Shown here piece after piece: positions 1 to 8,498 of a stretch of 64,000 nucleotides of DNA. This stretch comes from an uncultured Rhodospirillaceae bacterium (GTDB lineage Bacteria; Pseudomonadota; Alphaproteobacteria; MPNO01; UBA830). Under the pieces are notes generated by a model. That model did not search any database. It saw only the letters and a list, made by a program, of their open reading frames with translations, and was not told where the DNA came from. How positions within the stretch are numbered: the first letter of the stretch is position 1; each line of letters opens with the position of its first letter. The DNA is taken from positions 69,397 through 133,396 of the forward strand of contig CAXBCP010000004.1 in assembly GCA_963974055.1 (NCBI GenBank), in the 5' to 3' direction. The position numbers were made by a program, and so were the translations under genes.

Positions 1-1
1 A

Positions 2-1048
2 ATCTTCGAGCCTGTGACCTACGCCTATGAAAATTACCAGGCGCGTGCCGAGAATACGATGGAGGTGTCCGGCGAGACCTACGTAAACTACCTCACGACG
101 GGTATCGAGTACGCAAAGCAGGTGCGGACAGCGGATAAAGCGGCCCGGGCGGGAAGCCCCGGTAACGGCGTTACCTTTCACCCCGGCGGCGAAAGCGAGC
201 GGGTCGGCGTCTACATCCAGAATGAGTGGATTTATAACGACCGCCTGACGCTTATTCCCGGTTTCCGCGCGGACTGGCAGACCCTGACGCCGGGCGATGC
301 GGTAACAGTCACCCAGGAAGAAGTCTCGGATGTCGGCGTTTCGCCAAAGCTCGCCACGTTCTTCAAGATCGACCGGAACTGGGGTGTTTTCGGCTCCGTC
401 GCATATACGGAACGGTTGCCGGTTATCGACGAAGCCTACGATAACAGCAGTTCCAACGTGAACCTCGAGCCGGAAATTTCTGTTAACTACGAAGCCGGCG
501 TATCTGTTTCCTTTAAAGACATCGCCCTCAAACAGGATGCCGTATCCGCCAAGGTCACTTTGTTTCACAACGACATCGACAACCTGATCGAACGGCAAAC
601 CCAGACTTCGACCTATCGCAATGTCGGCGAGGCGACGATCGAGGGCGTGGAATTCGAAACATCCTACAATTCAAAATTCGTCTTTGCGCGGGCGGCCTTC
701 ACCATGATCCGCGGCATGGATACGGAATCCGGCGAAGACCTGAATTCCATACCCGCCGACGAACTGGCGATGACTATCGGCGGACGCGCGCCTTCGGCGA
801 ACCTGGAGTTCGGCCTGCGCAGCGTCTTTGCGCGGGCACAGGACCGGGTATCCGGAACGGGGGAACCGACCGGCAGCTACGGGATTCACAACCTGTACGC
901 AACCTGGAAGCCGGATGACGGCTATCTGAAGGATGCGGAGTTCCGGTTCGGCATCGATAACCTCTTCGACCGTTTCTACAAGGAACACCTCGCGGGCGAC
1001 CCGGCCAAGGGGCGCACATTCAAGGTGTCCGTCGCCAAGCAGTTCTAA
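2..1048 (+). CDS. TonB-dependent outer-membrane receptor, C-terminal portion (5' end lies upstream of window); probable haem/hemin receptor
   Basis: Open frame from window edge; beta-barrel-type alternating hydrophobic repeats and terminal aromatic residue (...KVSVAKQF) typical of TonB-dependent receptors; followed by hmuTUV-like ABC genes and ABM haem-degrading protein. Confidence 0.75.
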   Translation: MFEPVTYAYENYQARAENTMEVSGETYVNYLTTGIEYAKQVRTADKAARAGSPGNGVTFHPGGESERVGVYIQNEWIYNDRLTLIPGFRADWQTLTPGDAVTVTQEEVSDVGVSPKLATFFKIDRNWGVFGSVAYTERLPVIDEAYDNSSSNVNLEPEISVNYEAGVSVSFKDIALKQDAVSAKVTLFHNDIDNLIERQTQTSTYRNVGEATIEGVEFETSYNSKFVFARAAFTMIRGMDTESGEDLNSIPADELAMTIGGRAPSANLEFGLRSVFARAQDRVSGTGEPTGSYGIHNLYATWKPDDGYLKDAEFRFGIDNLFDRFYKEHLAGDPAKGRTFKVSVAKQF

Positions 1049-1091
1049 CCGGGTACCGGTCAGTCCATCACCGCACAAAGGAGAAAAAGAC

Positions 1092-1931
1092 ATGAGGGAT
1101 ATCGTTGCTGCCATTCTCGGCATCGTTCTGCTCGCCGGAACGGCCCAGGCCGACGGCCCGCCACAGCGGGTGGTTTCGGCGGGCGGGGATCTTACCGAGA
1201 TCATCTATGCCCTGGATGCACAGGACAGGCTAGTCGGCGTCGACAGCACGTCGAACTACCCGGCGACGGCGAAGGACCTTGCCCAGATCGGGTATGTCCG
1301 GCGCGTTGCGCCCGAAGGGATCCTGTCGCTTAAACCGGATATGATCCTTGGCGCCTACGATATGGGGCCGCCGGCCGCGATCGGGCAACTGAAAGCGGCG
1401 GGGGTCAAAGTGGCGCTGGCCCCGCGCGGCGATCTGCCGGGCGGCATCCCGGCCAAGATCCGGTTCGTCGGCGAAGCCCTTGGACTTTCCGCCAAGGCAG
1501 AGATGCTCGCGTCGAAAGTAGCGGCCGATCTCAAGCGTGCCATGACGCAGTACGGCAAGGCGGGACCCGGGCCAAAGGTCATCTTCATCCTTTCGCTCGG
1601 CGAAGGCGGGGTGCTGGTCGGCGGGCGCGGCAGCTCGGCCGAAGCGATCATCCAAATGGCCGGCGGACGAAACGCCGCGACGGGATTCGACGGCTACAAA
1701 CCGATGTCACGCGAAGCGATTCTGGCGTCACAGCCCGAGGTATTGCTGATGATGGAATCGTCGGTCCAGCGATACGGCGGCATCGAGGCTGTCCTCAAAC
1801 GCCCGGAACTGGCGTCGACACCCGCCGCGCTGAACGGGAAATCCATTGCCATGGACGGCATGCTGCTGCTGGGCTTCGGGCCCCGCACGCCTTCCGCTGT
1901 CGCCCGGCTTGGCGAATATCTGCATCGCTAA
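1092..1931 (+). CDS. hmuT: Periplasmic haem/cobalamin-class ABC substrate-binding protein (HmuT/BtuF-like)
   Basis: Start refined to ATG at aa offset 53 of track ORF 933..1931 (MRDIVAAILGIVLLAGTAQA signal peptide, GGAG-like RBS 8 nt upstream); cluster-8-type binding-protein fold; adjacent FecCD permease and ATPase. Confidence 0.75.
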   Translation: MRDIVAAILGIVLLAGTAQADGPPQRVVSAGGDLTEIIYALDAQDRLVGVDSTSNYPATAKDLAQIGYVRRVAPEGILSLKPDMILGAYDMGPPAAIGQLKAAGVKVALAPRGDLPGGIPAKIRFVGEALGLSAKAEMLASKVAADLKRAMTQYGKAGPGPKVIFILSLGEGGVLVGGRGSSAEAIIQMAGGRNAATGFDGYKPMSREAILASQPEVLLMMESSVQRYGGIEAVLKRPELASTPAALNGKSIAMDGMLLLGFGPRTPSAVARLGEYLHR

Positions 1932-1943
1932 CAGGCCCGGAAC

Positions 1944-3011
1944 GTGCAGCAGATATCGGCACCGCGGTTGTTAGACCGTCTGCGACCCGTCGGGCAACCG
2001 GGAATTTTCCTGGTTCTCGGGGCGCTGGTTGTGGCGGTTGCGCTCGCGGAACTGTCCTATGGCCCGGTGCGTCTGAGCATATCCGAAATTGGCCGCGCGC
2101 TGTTCGGTTGGGGGGATGTGGGTACGACGGCGATTGTCGCCCAAATCCGGGCGCCGCGGCTCCTGCTCGGGATCGCGGTCGGTGTCGGGCTTTCACTGTC
2201 CGGTTGCGCGCTTCAGGGCGTGCTCCGCAACCCGCTTGCCGATCCCGGCCTGATCGGGGTCACCGGCGGGGCGTCGGTGGGCGCGGTAACCGTTATCGTG
2301 CTGGGCGGGACGCTTGCCACCGGGCTGCCGCCGGCAATCCGGCCGTATCTTCTGCCGGTTGCCGCCTTCGTCGGCGCCGCCGTTGTCACGGGATTCGTTT
2401 TTCGTGTTTCCCGCCGGTCCGGTACGACTTCCGTGGCGACCCTGATTCTGGCCGGTGTGGCGGTGAACGCAATTGCCGGTGCTGCCATCGGTGCGATGGT
2501 CTATATCAGCGATGACCGGCAACTCCGAGACCTGACATTCTGGACCATGGGCTCGCTCGGCGGGGCCAACTGGCTGCCCGTGATTGTCACCCTCGCAATC
2601 GTCGCCGTTGCGGCGATTTCACTGGCCCGCATGGGACGCGCACTCGACCTGTTTCAGCTGGGCGAACGCGCAGCGTTTCATGCCGGTCTCGACGTCGAAC
2701 GCACAAAACGCAAGGCGGCGATTCTCACCGCGATTGCCGTGGGGGGCGCTACCGCCGCCGCGGGGCCGATCGGTTTCATCGGACTGGTCGCGCCGCATAT
2801 GGCGCGCCTCATTGTCGGTCCGAACCACCGGGTCGTTCTGCCGGCTTCCGCCCTGCTCGGCACGGCCTTGATCCTGGGCGCGGACCTTGTCGTCCGCAAT
2901 GTCGTGCCGCCGGCAGAACCGCCGATCGGACTGGCGACAAGCCTGATCGGGGGGCCTTTCTTTCTCTGGCTGTTGCTGAACCGCATGCAGAGGGGCAGGG
3001 GAAATGCTTGA
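1944..3011 (+). CDS. hmuU: FecCD-family ABC permease (HmuU/BtuC-like)
   Basis: 355 aa polytopic membrane protein with FecCD signature region (GLSLSGCALQGVLRNPLADPGLIGVTGGAS); overlaps downstream ATPase by 8 nt. Confidence 0.85.
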   Translation: MQQISAPRLLDRLRPVGQPGIFLVLGALVVAVALAELSYGPVRLSISEIGRALFGWGDVGTTAIVAQIRAPRLLLGIAVGVGLSLSGCALQGVLRNPLADPGLIGVTGGASVGAVTVIVLGGTLATGLPPAIRPYLLPVAAFVGAAVVTGFVFRVSRRSGTTSVATLILAGVAVNAIAGAAIGAMVYISDDRQLRDLTFWTMGSLGGANWLPVIVTLAIVAVAAISLARMGRALDLFQLGERAAFHAGLDVERTKRKAAILTAIAVGGATAAAGPIGFIGLVAPHMARLIVGPNHRVVLPASALLGTALILGADLVVRNVVPPAEPPIGLATSLIGGPFFLWLLLNRMQRGRGNA

Positions 3012-3792
3012 AGCGATGGATCTGACCGTGCGGTTCGGGGCGTCTACGCTTGCGGTCAATAACGTGTCGATCGCCGTCAAACCGGGAAAGGTGCTGACGT
3101 TATGCGGGCCGAACGGGGCCGGAAAATCGACGCTACTGGCGGTGCTGGCGGGCGATCTCAAACCCACTTCGGGCGAGGCGTTACTCGATAACCAACCGGT
3201 CCGGTCGCTCGGCACCGAGGTATTGGCAACCCGGCGCGCCGTTCTCGAACAAAGCCCGAGCCTGTCGGCTGCGTTTTCGGTGAGGCAACTCGCCGGACTC
3301 TCCATCGGGATCGAGGTCTCGCCGCGCGATACCGATGCAATCATCGCGGACGTTGTGTCGGATGTCGGTCTGAGCCCGCGGATTAACGATCGCGTCGATC
3401 TGTTGTCCGGCGGTCAACGGCACAGGGCCCATCTGGCGAGAGTGCTGGGCCAGCTTGCCGCGGCGGGCGAACGGAACGGGCAGTATCTCCTGCTCGACGA
3501 ACCGACAGCGAGCCTGGACCTGGTTCACCAGATTGCGGTGATGAAAGTAGCGCGGCGTGCGGCTTCGCGCGGTGTCGGCGTTCTCGTAATTTTGCACGAC
3601 CTGAACCTGGCGGCTGCGTTTTCGGACGAGGTTGCGCTTCTGGCGGCCGGGCGTCTGGTCGATTCCGGCCCGCCTGCCGCGGTATTCACATCGGAACAGC
3701 TTAGCGAAATATACGAGGCGTCCATCGACGTGGTTTCCGATCCGTCGAGTGCGCTGAGAATTTTCCCGGTGTTCGAGCCCGTAACCGCGTGA
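3004..3792 (+). CDS. hmuV: ABC transporter ATP-binding protein (HmuV-like)
   Basis: Walker A GPNGAGKST, ABC signature LSGGQRHR, Walker B LLLDEP, H-loop ILHDL. Confidence 0.85.
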   Translation: MLEAMDLTVRFGASTLAVNNVSIAVKPGKVLTLCGPNGAGKSTLLAVLAGDLKPTSGEALLDNQPVRSLGTEVLATRRAVLEQSPSLSAAFSVRQLAGLSIGIEVSPRDTDAIIADVVSDVGLSPRINDRVDLLSGGQRHRAHLARVLGQLAAAGERNGQYLLLDEPTASLDLVHQIAVMKVARRAASRGVGVLVILHDLNLAAAFSDEVALLAAGRLVDSGPPAAVFTSEQLSEIYEASIDVVSDPSSALRIFPVFEPVTA

Positions 3793-3837
3793 TCGTTTCG
3801 GGCCGCGCCAAGTCGTGATCAATCAGGAGAATCCATC

Positions 3838-4146
3838 ATGTTTATTGCAATGAACCGTTTTCAAATCGTACCGGGGTCGGAACCGGCATTCGAGGAGGTC
3901 TGGCGGGCGCGTGATTCCCGGCTGGCCGATGTTCCGGGTTTCGTCGAGTTCCGCTTGCTTCGCGGCGCCAGCAACGATGAAGCGACGCTGTATGCCTCTC
4001 ATACGACCTGGCGCGACCGCGATGCATTCGAGGCCTGGACCCGGTCCGACAATTTCCGCGAAGCCCATGCCAATGCAGGCGACAGCAAAGGCCTGTATCT
4101 GGGGCGGCCTCAGTTCGAAGGTTTCGACACCGTTCTCGAGGGTTAG
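3838..4146 (+). CDS. ABM-domain (antibiotic biosynthesis monooxygenase fold) protein, IsdG/HmuQ-like putative haem-degrading monooxygenase
   Basis: 102 aa, starts MFIAMNRFQI...; ABM fold signature, position immediately after hmuV. Confidence 0.55.
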   Translation: MFIAMNRFQIVPGSEPAFEEVWRARDSRLADVPGFVEFRLLRGASNDEATLYASHTTWRDRDAFEAWTRSDNFREAHANAGDSKGLYLGRPQFEGFDTVLEG

Positions 4147-4149
4147 CGG

Positions 4150-4494
4150 ATGGATTTCGCACGCAGTATTCCCGTATTGCCGTCGCTCGCTATCGCCGAG
4201 ACCGGATCTTTCTATATGGCAAAACTTGGTTTTCAGCGCATTTACGGGGAAGACGACTATCTCATTGTGCGACGGGGTGAAATGGAACTTCATTTCTGGC
4301 GAACCGATGATCCGTCATTGCCCGAAAACACGTCCTGCTACATCCGGGGCGGCGAGATCGAGACGCTCTATGCGGAATACAGCGCTGCCGGGGTTCCCGG
4401 CCTCAGCGCGTTCGAAGTGCGGTCCTGGAACATGAAGGAATTCTATATCCACGACCCCCATGGAAACCTGCTGCGTTTCGGCATGGCGCCGTAA
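4150..4494 (+). CDS. VOC (vicinal oxygen chelate) family protein, glyoxalase/bleomycin-resistance/dioxygenase fold
   Basis: 114 aa; bleomycin-resistance-protein-like motifs (ELHFW...DPHGNLL). Confidence 0.55.
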   Translation: MDFARSIPVLPSLAIAETGSFYMAKLGFQRIYGEDDYLIVRRGEMELHFWRTDDPSLPENTSCYIRGGEIETLYAEYSAAGVPGLSAFEVRSWNMKEFYIHDPHGNLLRFGMAP

Positions 4495-4548
4495 GGAGCG
4501 GGGATTCAGTCCGGCGGCTGCGCCGGAAGGACGACGCCGGTATCGCCG

Positions 4549-4758
4549 TTATTTGGTCATTATCAGTTTGCCTTTTGCAGTTCGGCGGAGTCGATATATC
4601 TGGTCTTCGTGCAGGATCGTTATTTCGTTTCGTCCCCGCAGAAGGATTTCGCTCGATATCGGCGGCGGTGCGTCTTCGGGAAATCCGGCGCCGCTTTTGT
4701 CGTTTGAATTCATGTCTGGTTTCCTGTCTTCTCCGCCTGAGCGTCTGTCTGTCGACAT
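4549..4758 (-). CDS. hemP: HemP/HmuP-family small hemin-uptake protein
   Basis: 69 aa; C-terminal ILHEDQIYRLRRTAKGKLIMTK matches HemP consensus (I.H.G..Y.LR.T..GKLILTK); 6 nt downstream of tonB on same strand. Confidence 0.5.
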   Translation of the reverse strand: MSTDRRSGGEDRKPDMNSNDKSGAGFPEDAPPPISSEILLRGRNEITILHEDQIYRLRRTAKGKLIMTK

Positions 4759-4764
4759 TGCGGT

Positions 4765-5754
4765 CTACCGTATTGAAAATTCTATCGGCACGAGCAGCTC
4801 AAGCCGGCTTTGCTCGAATTCGCCGGGTATCGGCGGAAGCGGTTGCGCCCGGCGGATCATGTCTTCGACCTCGCCGTCGAGAATCTTGAAACCCGAACTG
4901 CGCCGAATCCGGTAGTCGAGCACTCTGCCGTCGCGCGCCATGACAAAGAACAGCATCGCCGTCCCCTGTTGGCGTCGCCGCTTGGCCCGGCGCGGATATT
5001 CCTTGTGTTTCTCGAGCCATCCCCGGAGGAGCGCATAGTAGTTTGCGGCAACCGCCCCCGATGCACCGCTTGGCCCGGTACTGGCAAGCTCCGTCTCCTG
5101 CGAACCCCGGTCGGCGGAACCGGAAACGCCGCCGGCACCGGCGACCGAAGCGGCTGATTGTTCGGCCGGGGGACGAACGCCGACGGGATCCGGCAGCGCG
5201 GCGGTCTGTTCCGGGGCGGGTGCCGGCGGTTTGCGCTGCGGCTTCGGTGCGGGATGTGCGACTGCCTGTGGCGGTTTAGGCGGAGAGGCGGTTTCAGTCG
5301 GCGGGACAGGAACGGCCGCCTGATTTACAGGTTCGGGTGTTTGCTCGGCGGGCGGCGGTTCGATCGCCGCCGCGATCTCGGTTTCGGGGATTGCCCGGTC
5401 CTGGGATGCCAGGGCAACCGGCGACGGGACGTTTTCAGCCGGAATATTTTTGGCAACCGCTGCCGCCTCGGGGGGGGGAATGGCGCTCGCCGCTTCCGGG
5501 GTTGCTTCCGGGGGCGGGTCGGCTTCTTCGGGTGGGGACGGTGCCTGTGTCGCGCTGGCGGTTGCCGCCACGGAATCGACTGATCCCGCCGCAGCCGAAA
5601 CGGACCCGAGGGCGATTTCTATTCCATGTTCACCCGCACCTGTTCCGGCTGCGGGCGGCGGGGTGATGTGCCAGCCCAGCGCGGCGCCGATTCCGGCATG
5701 AAGGAGGACAGCAAGCGCGAGCGCGCCGAGCCGGTGTCGCCACAACAGGGTCAT
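4765..5754 (-). CDS. tonB: Energy transducer TonB
   Basis: N-terminal TM anchor, long Pro/Ala/Glu-rich spacer (PPEEADPPPEATPEAASAIPPPEAAA...), C-terminal TonB domain (LLRGWLEKHKEYPRRAKRRRQQGTAMLFFVMARDGRVLDYRIRRSSG). Confidence 0.8.
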   Translation of the reverse strand: MTLLWRHRLGALALAVLLHAGIGAALGWHITPPPAAGTGAGEHGIEIALGSVSAAAGSVDSVAATASATQAPSPPEEADPPPEATPEAASAIPPPEAAAVAKNIPAENVPSPVALASQDRAIPETEIAAAIEPPPAEQTPEPVNQAAVPVPPTETASPPKPPQAVAHPAPKPQRKPPAPAPEQTAALPDPVGVRPPAEQSAASVAGAGGVSGSADRGSQETELASTGPSGASGAVAANYYALLRGWLEKHKEYPRRAKRRRQQGTAMLFFVMARDGRVLDYRIRRSSGFKILDGEVEDMIRRAQPLPPIPGEFEQSRLELLVPIEFSIR

Positions 5755-5848
5755 AGAGCCCCCTGCGCCCCCGTTTTTTGCCGGTTGGCCGTCAATTCCA
5801 TATGCTTGCTTGCCGTGCCGGCGATCATATCGGCCCCAGGTCCAAGAT

Positions 5849-5869
5849 TGAGAATCATTTGCATTCTCA
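5849..5869. promoter_or_regulatory. Fur-box-like palindrome (TGAGAAT-N7-ATTCTCA; core GAGAATCATT) about 95 nt upstream of tonB start
   Basis: Perfect 7-bp inverted repeat read directly; core differs from E. coli Fur half-site GATAATCATT at one position; lies in the 234-bp region between methyltransferase gene and tonB. Confidence 0.3.
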
Positions 5870-5988
5870 GTTCATAAAACTACAATTCGCCCTGATCGTC
5901 GTCAAGCATGGTTGCCATCGGACATCGCGAAAATTCCCGGGACGGTTTGCAGTCTTTTCCGGTCCGTATCGGAGCCGGTTATGCGCGC

Positions 5989-6699
5989 CTAGTGTTTGAC
6001 GGCGACGAGATTGAGCAGGGTTTCCTCACGCGTGGCGGGCGGCCTGGGCCCGAGCAGTTTTTCGACCAACCCCAGATCGGCGCGGCTCCACCAGAGATAG
6101 GGGTAGGACGTCGCATTCGCCGCACAGTCGAACCCTGCCTGTTCGATGAATTCGCGGTATTCTTCTGCCGATTTCTGGACGTCCATGGGATGGCGGAACA
6201 ATAGACGGATAATCCATGAATGGATGAACGCCCGCGTCGATTCCGCGAACAGCAACAATCCGCCGGGTTTCAGCACCCGGTGAAATTCAGAGATCGCACG
6301 TTCCTGATCTGCGAGGTGATGAAATGTCTGGTGACAGAACACCATATCCACCGTTTCGTCGCCAAGGCAGAGCGAAGCACTGGTGCCCCGGATCAAGGTC
6401 ACCGGTATATCTATTTCACCTGATTGACTGGCTGCCAGGCTGAGCATCTCGGCATCTATGTCGATCCCGACAATAAGCTCGGGTGAAAACCGGGCCCGCA
6501 ATCGTTTGAACGACTGCCCGCCGCCGCACCCGACATCGACAATTACCGGATAGGCCGTTGCACGGTTTGCGATCAGGCGATCGAGATCGCGCATCGCGAC
6601 GTCCAATACGCGCGTCTCCCATATGTCCGTTCGCAGGAACCATTTTCCGAACCGCGACTCGGCTATGTATGCTGGCCGTTCCGCCGCCATGATCCTCAA
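5989..6699 (-). CDS. Class I SAM-dependent methyltransferase
   Basis: Motif I VIVDVGCGGGQSF, motif post I LIVGIDIDAEM, methyltransferase type 11-like arrangement. Confidence 0.75.
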   Translation of the reverse strand: MRIMAAERPAYIAESRFGKWFLRTDIWETRVLDVAMRDLDRLIANRATAYPVIVDVGCGGGQSFKRLRARFSPELIVGIDIDAEMLSLAASQSGEIDIPVTLIRGTSASLCLGDETVDMVFCHQTFHHLADQERAISEFHRVLKPGGLLLFAESTRAFIHSWIIRLLFRHPMDVQKSAEEYREFIEQAGFDCAANATSYPYLWWSRADLGLVEKLLGPRPPATREETLLNLVAVKH

Positions 6700-6840
6700 C
6701 CATTGTGACTGACATACGATGCCTGACCGGTGGCACCGCCGAAATTAATACAAACTCCCCGGGCGGTTGCAAGAACCGTTGCCCGTATAGGGCTTCTCGG
6801 GCATTGTCGGCGGCGTACTGCTTCTGACAACTACAATGCG

Positions 6841-7098
6841 ATGGCCAATCCCATGATGGCACGACAGTCCGGCTTCGTCTTCGCCATCTCATTCGCGGTT
6901 TTTCTGGCCTGGCACGGCCCTGCCCATGCATATCTCGACCCGGGGACGGGCAGCATGATCCTGCAGGGTATCATCGGCGCAGTGGTCGGCGGGCTGATAG
7001 CGCTGAAGCTGTACTGGGCCCGGCTCAGAAATTTCCTTTCGTCGCATCGCCCAGGTCGGTCATCGGATAACCGGGACCGCCATCCGGACAACAATTGA
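6841..7098 (+). CDS. Small membrane/secreted protein, unknown function
   Basis: Internal Met of track ORF 6730..7098 (MANPMMARQSGFVFAISFAVFLAWHGPAHA signal-like segment then YLDPGTGSMILQGIIGAVVGGLIALKLYW TM); stop overlaps TTG/ATG start region of next gene. Confidence 0.35.
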   Translation: MANPMMARQSGFVFAISFAVFLAWHGPAHAYLDPGTGSMILQGIIGAVVGGLIALKLYWARLRNFLSSHRPGRSSDNRDRHPDNN

Positions 7099-8498
7099 TC
7101 GACGTAATGCAACGGGACGGCGGCTCTTTTCGCGATCCGGCCGGTAATGTCTATCGCGGGAACGGCCGGGTGTTTCGCACGGTTTCCGATGCAGGCGCCG
7201 CGGATTACGAATTCGCCCGCGATAGCGGTTTTCTGTCGGCGATGACCGCGAAAAACAGTGTTATCGAAATGACAGAAGTGGCGCCCGGCATCCTCGGCGG
7301 GGTCGCCGAATGCAGATATGTGCTAGAGCATCCGGTCCTGAATTTTGTCTCCTATCCCTATGAATGGTGCTTTTCGGCCCTGCAGGCGGCTGCGTTACTA
7401 CAACTCGACCTGATCCTGGAGGCCCTGGACCATGACGTGATGCTGTCCGATGCGTCGGCCTATAACGTGCAGTTCCGGGGCGCGCGGCCCGTCTTTATCG
7501 ATGCCCTGTCGTTCCGGCCCTATCGGGAAGGTGAATACTGGGCGGCCCATCAGCAGTTCTGCGATCAGTTTCTGAATCCCCTATTGCTGAGGGCACTGGG
7601 AGGCGTGGATTTTAACGCCTGGTACCGAGGAAACCTCGAAGGTATTCCGTCGGCGGATCTCGACCGGCTGCTGCCGTGGTTCAGGAAGTTGAGCTGGCGT
7701 GTGCTGACGCATGTTACGCTGCCGGTGAAACTGCAATCCGGAACACGGCAGAAAACCGCAAGTCGGCTCGACGCTGCCGCGGCGCGGCGATTGCCGCGTG
7801 CCTCGCTCGGCCATTTGGTGCGCGGTCTGCGGACGTGGATTGCCGCCCTGTCCCCGCCAACGGGCAAACGCAGCGCGTGGAGCCTGTATGAGTCCGAAAA
7901 CAGCTATGACGGTGATGCGAAAAGTCTGAAGCAGGACTTCACCCGACGATTCGCTGCGGCCGCAAAACCCGCCATCCTGTGGGATATCGGCTGCAATACC
8001 GGGATATATACCGAGGCGGCGCTCGAGGCGGGTGCCGGCGAAGCTATCGGATTCGATACGGATACAGGCGCGGTGGAAGCGGGATTCGCGCGTGCTGCAA
8101 AAAACGGGACACCGTTTCTGCCGCTTGTGCTCGACGCAGCGGACCCGAGCCCCGGAAAGGGCTGGCGCGGACGCGAAAGAAAAAGCCTGTTTGAGCGCGC
8201 GAATGCCGATGGCCTGATCGCCTATGCCCTCGTTCACCACCTTTCGATCGGCCGGAATATCCCGCTCGCCGACGTGATCTCCTGGCTGATCGGGCTCGCG
8301 CCCCAGGGCGTGATCGAATTCGTGGAAAAAAACGATCCCATGGTGCGGCATATGTTGCGGCTCCGGGACGATATCTTTGACGACTACAACCGGGATGTCT
8401 TCATGAAGGCCATTCGGCAGGACGCCGATATCGTGGAGACGTGCGAGGTCATGGAAGAACAGCGGGTCCTGGTATGGTATCGCCGCCGCGCGCCATGA
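7095..8498 (+). CDS. Two-domain protein: N-terminal domain of unknown function plus C-terminal class I SAM-dependent methyltransferase domain
   Basis: C-terminal ILWDIGCNTGIYTEAALEAGAGEAIGFDTD (methyltransferase motif I/II); start may be TTG 7095 or ATG 7107; stop overlaps start of next gene (ATGA). Confidence 0.55.
   Translation: MIDVMQRDGGSFRDPAGNVYRGNGRVFRTVSDAGAADYEFARDSGFLSAMTAKNSVIEMTEVAPGILGGVAECRYVLEHPVLNFVSYPYEWCFSALQAAALLQLDLILEALDHDVMLSDASAYNVQFRGARPVFIDALSFRPYREGEYWAAHQQFCDQFLNPLLLRALGGVDFNAWYRGNLEGIPSADLDRLLPWFRKLSWRVLTHVTLPVKLQSGTRQKTASRLDAAAARRLPRASLGHLVRGLRTWIAALSPPTGKRSAWSLYESENSYDGDAKSLKQDFTRRFAAAAKPAILWDIGCNTGIYTEAALEAGAGEAIGFDTDTGAVEAGFARAAKNGTPFLPLVLDAADPSPGKGWRGRERKSLFERANADGLIAYALVHHLSIGRNIPLADVISWLIGLAPQGVIEFVEKNDPMVRHMLRLRDDIFDDYNRDVFMKAIRQDADIVETCEVMEEQRVLVWYRRRAP

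Noticed and set aside
4511-4526. Short GC stem CCGGCG-GCTG-CGCCGG between convergent VOC and hemP genes as a terminator
   Set aside because: A 6-bp stem with no U-tract is not distinguishable from chance in 65% GC DNA.
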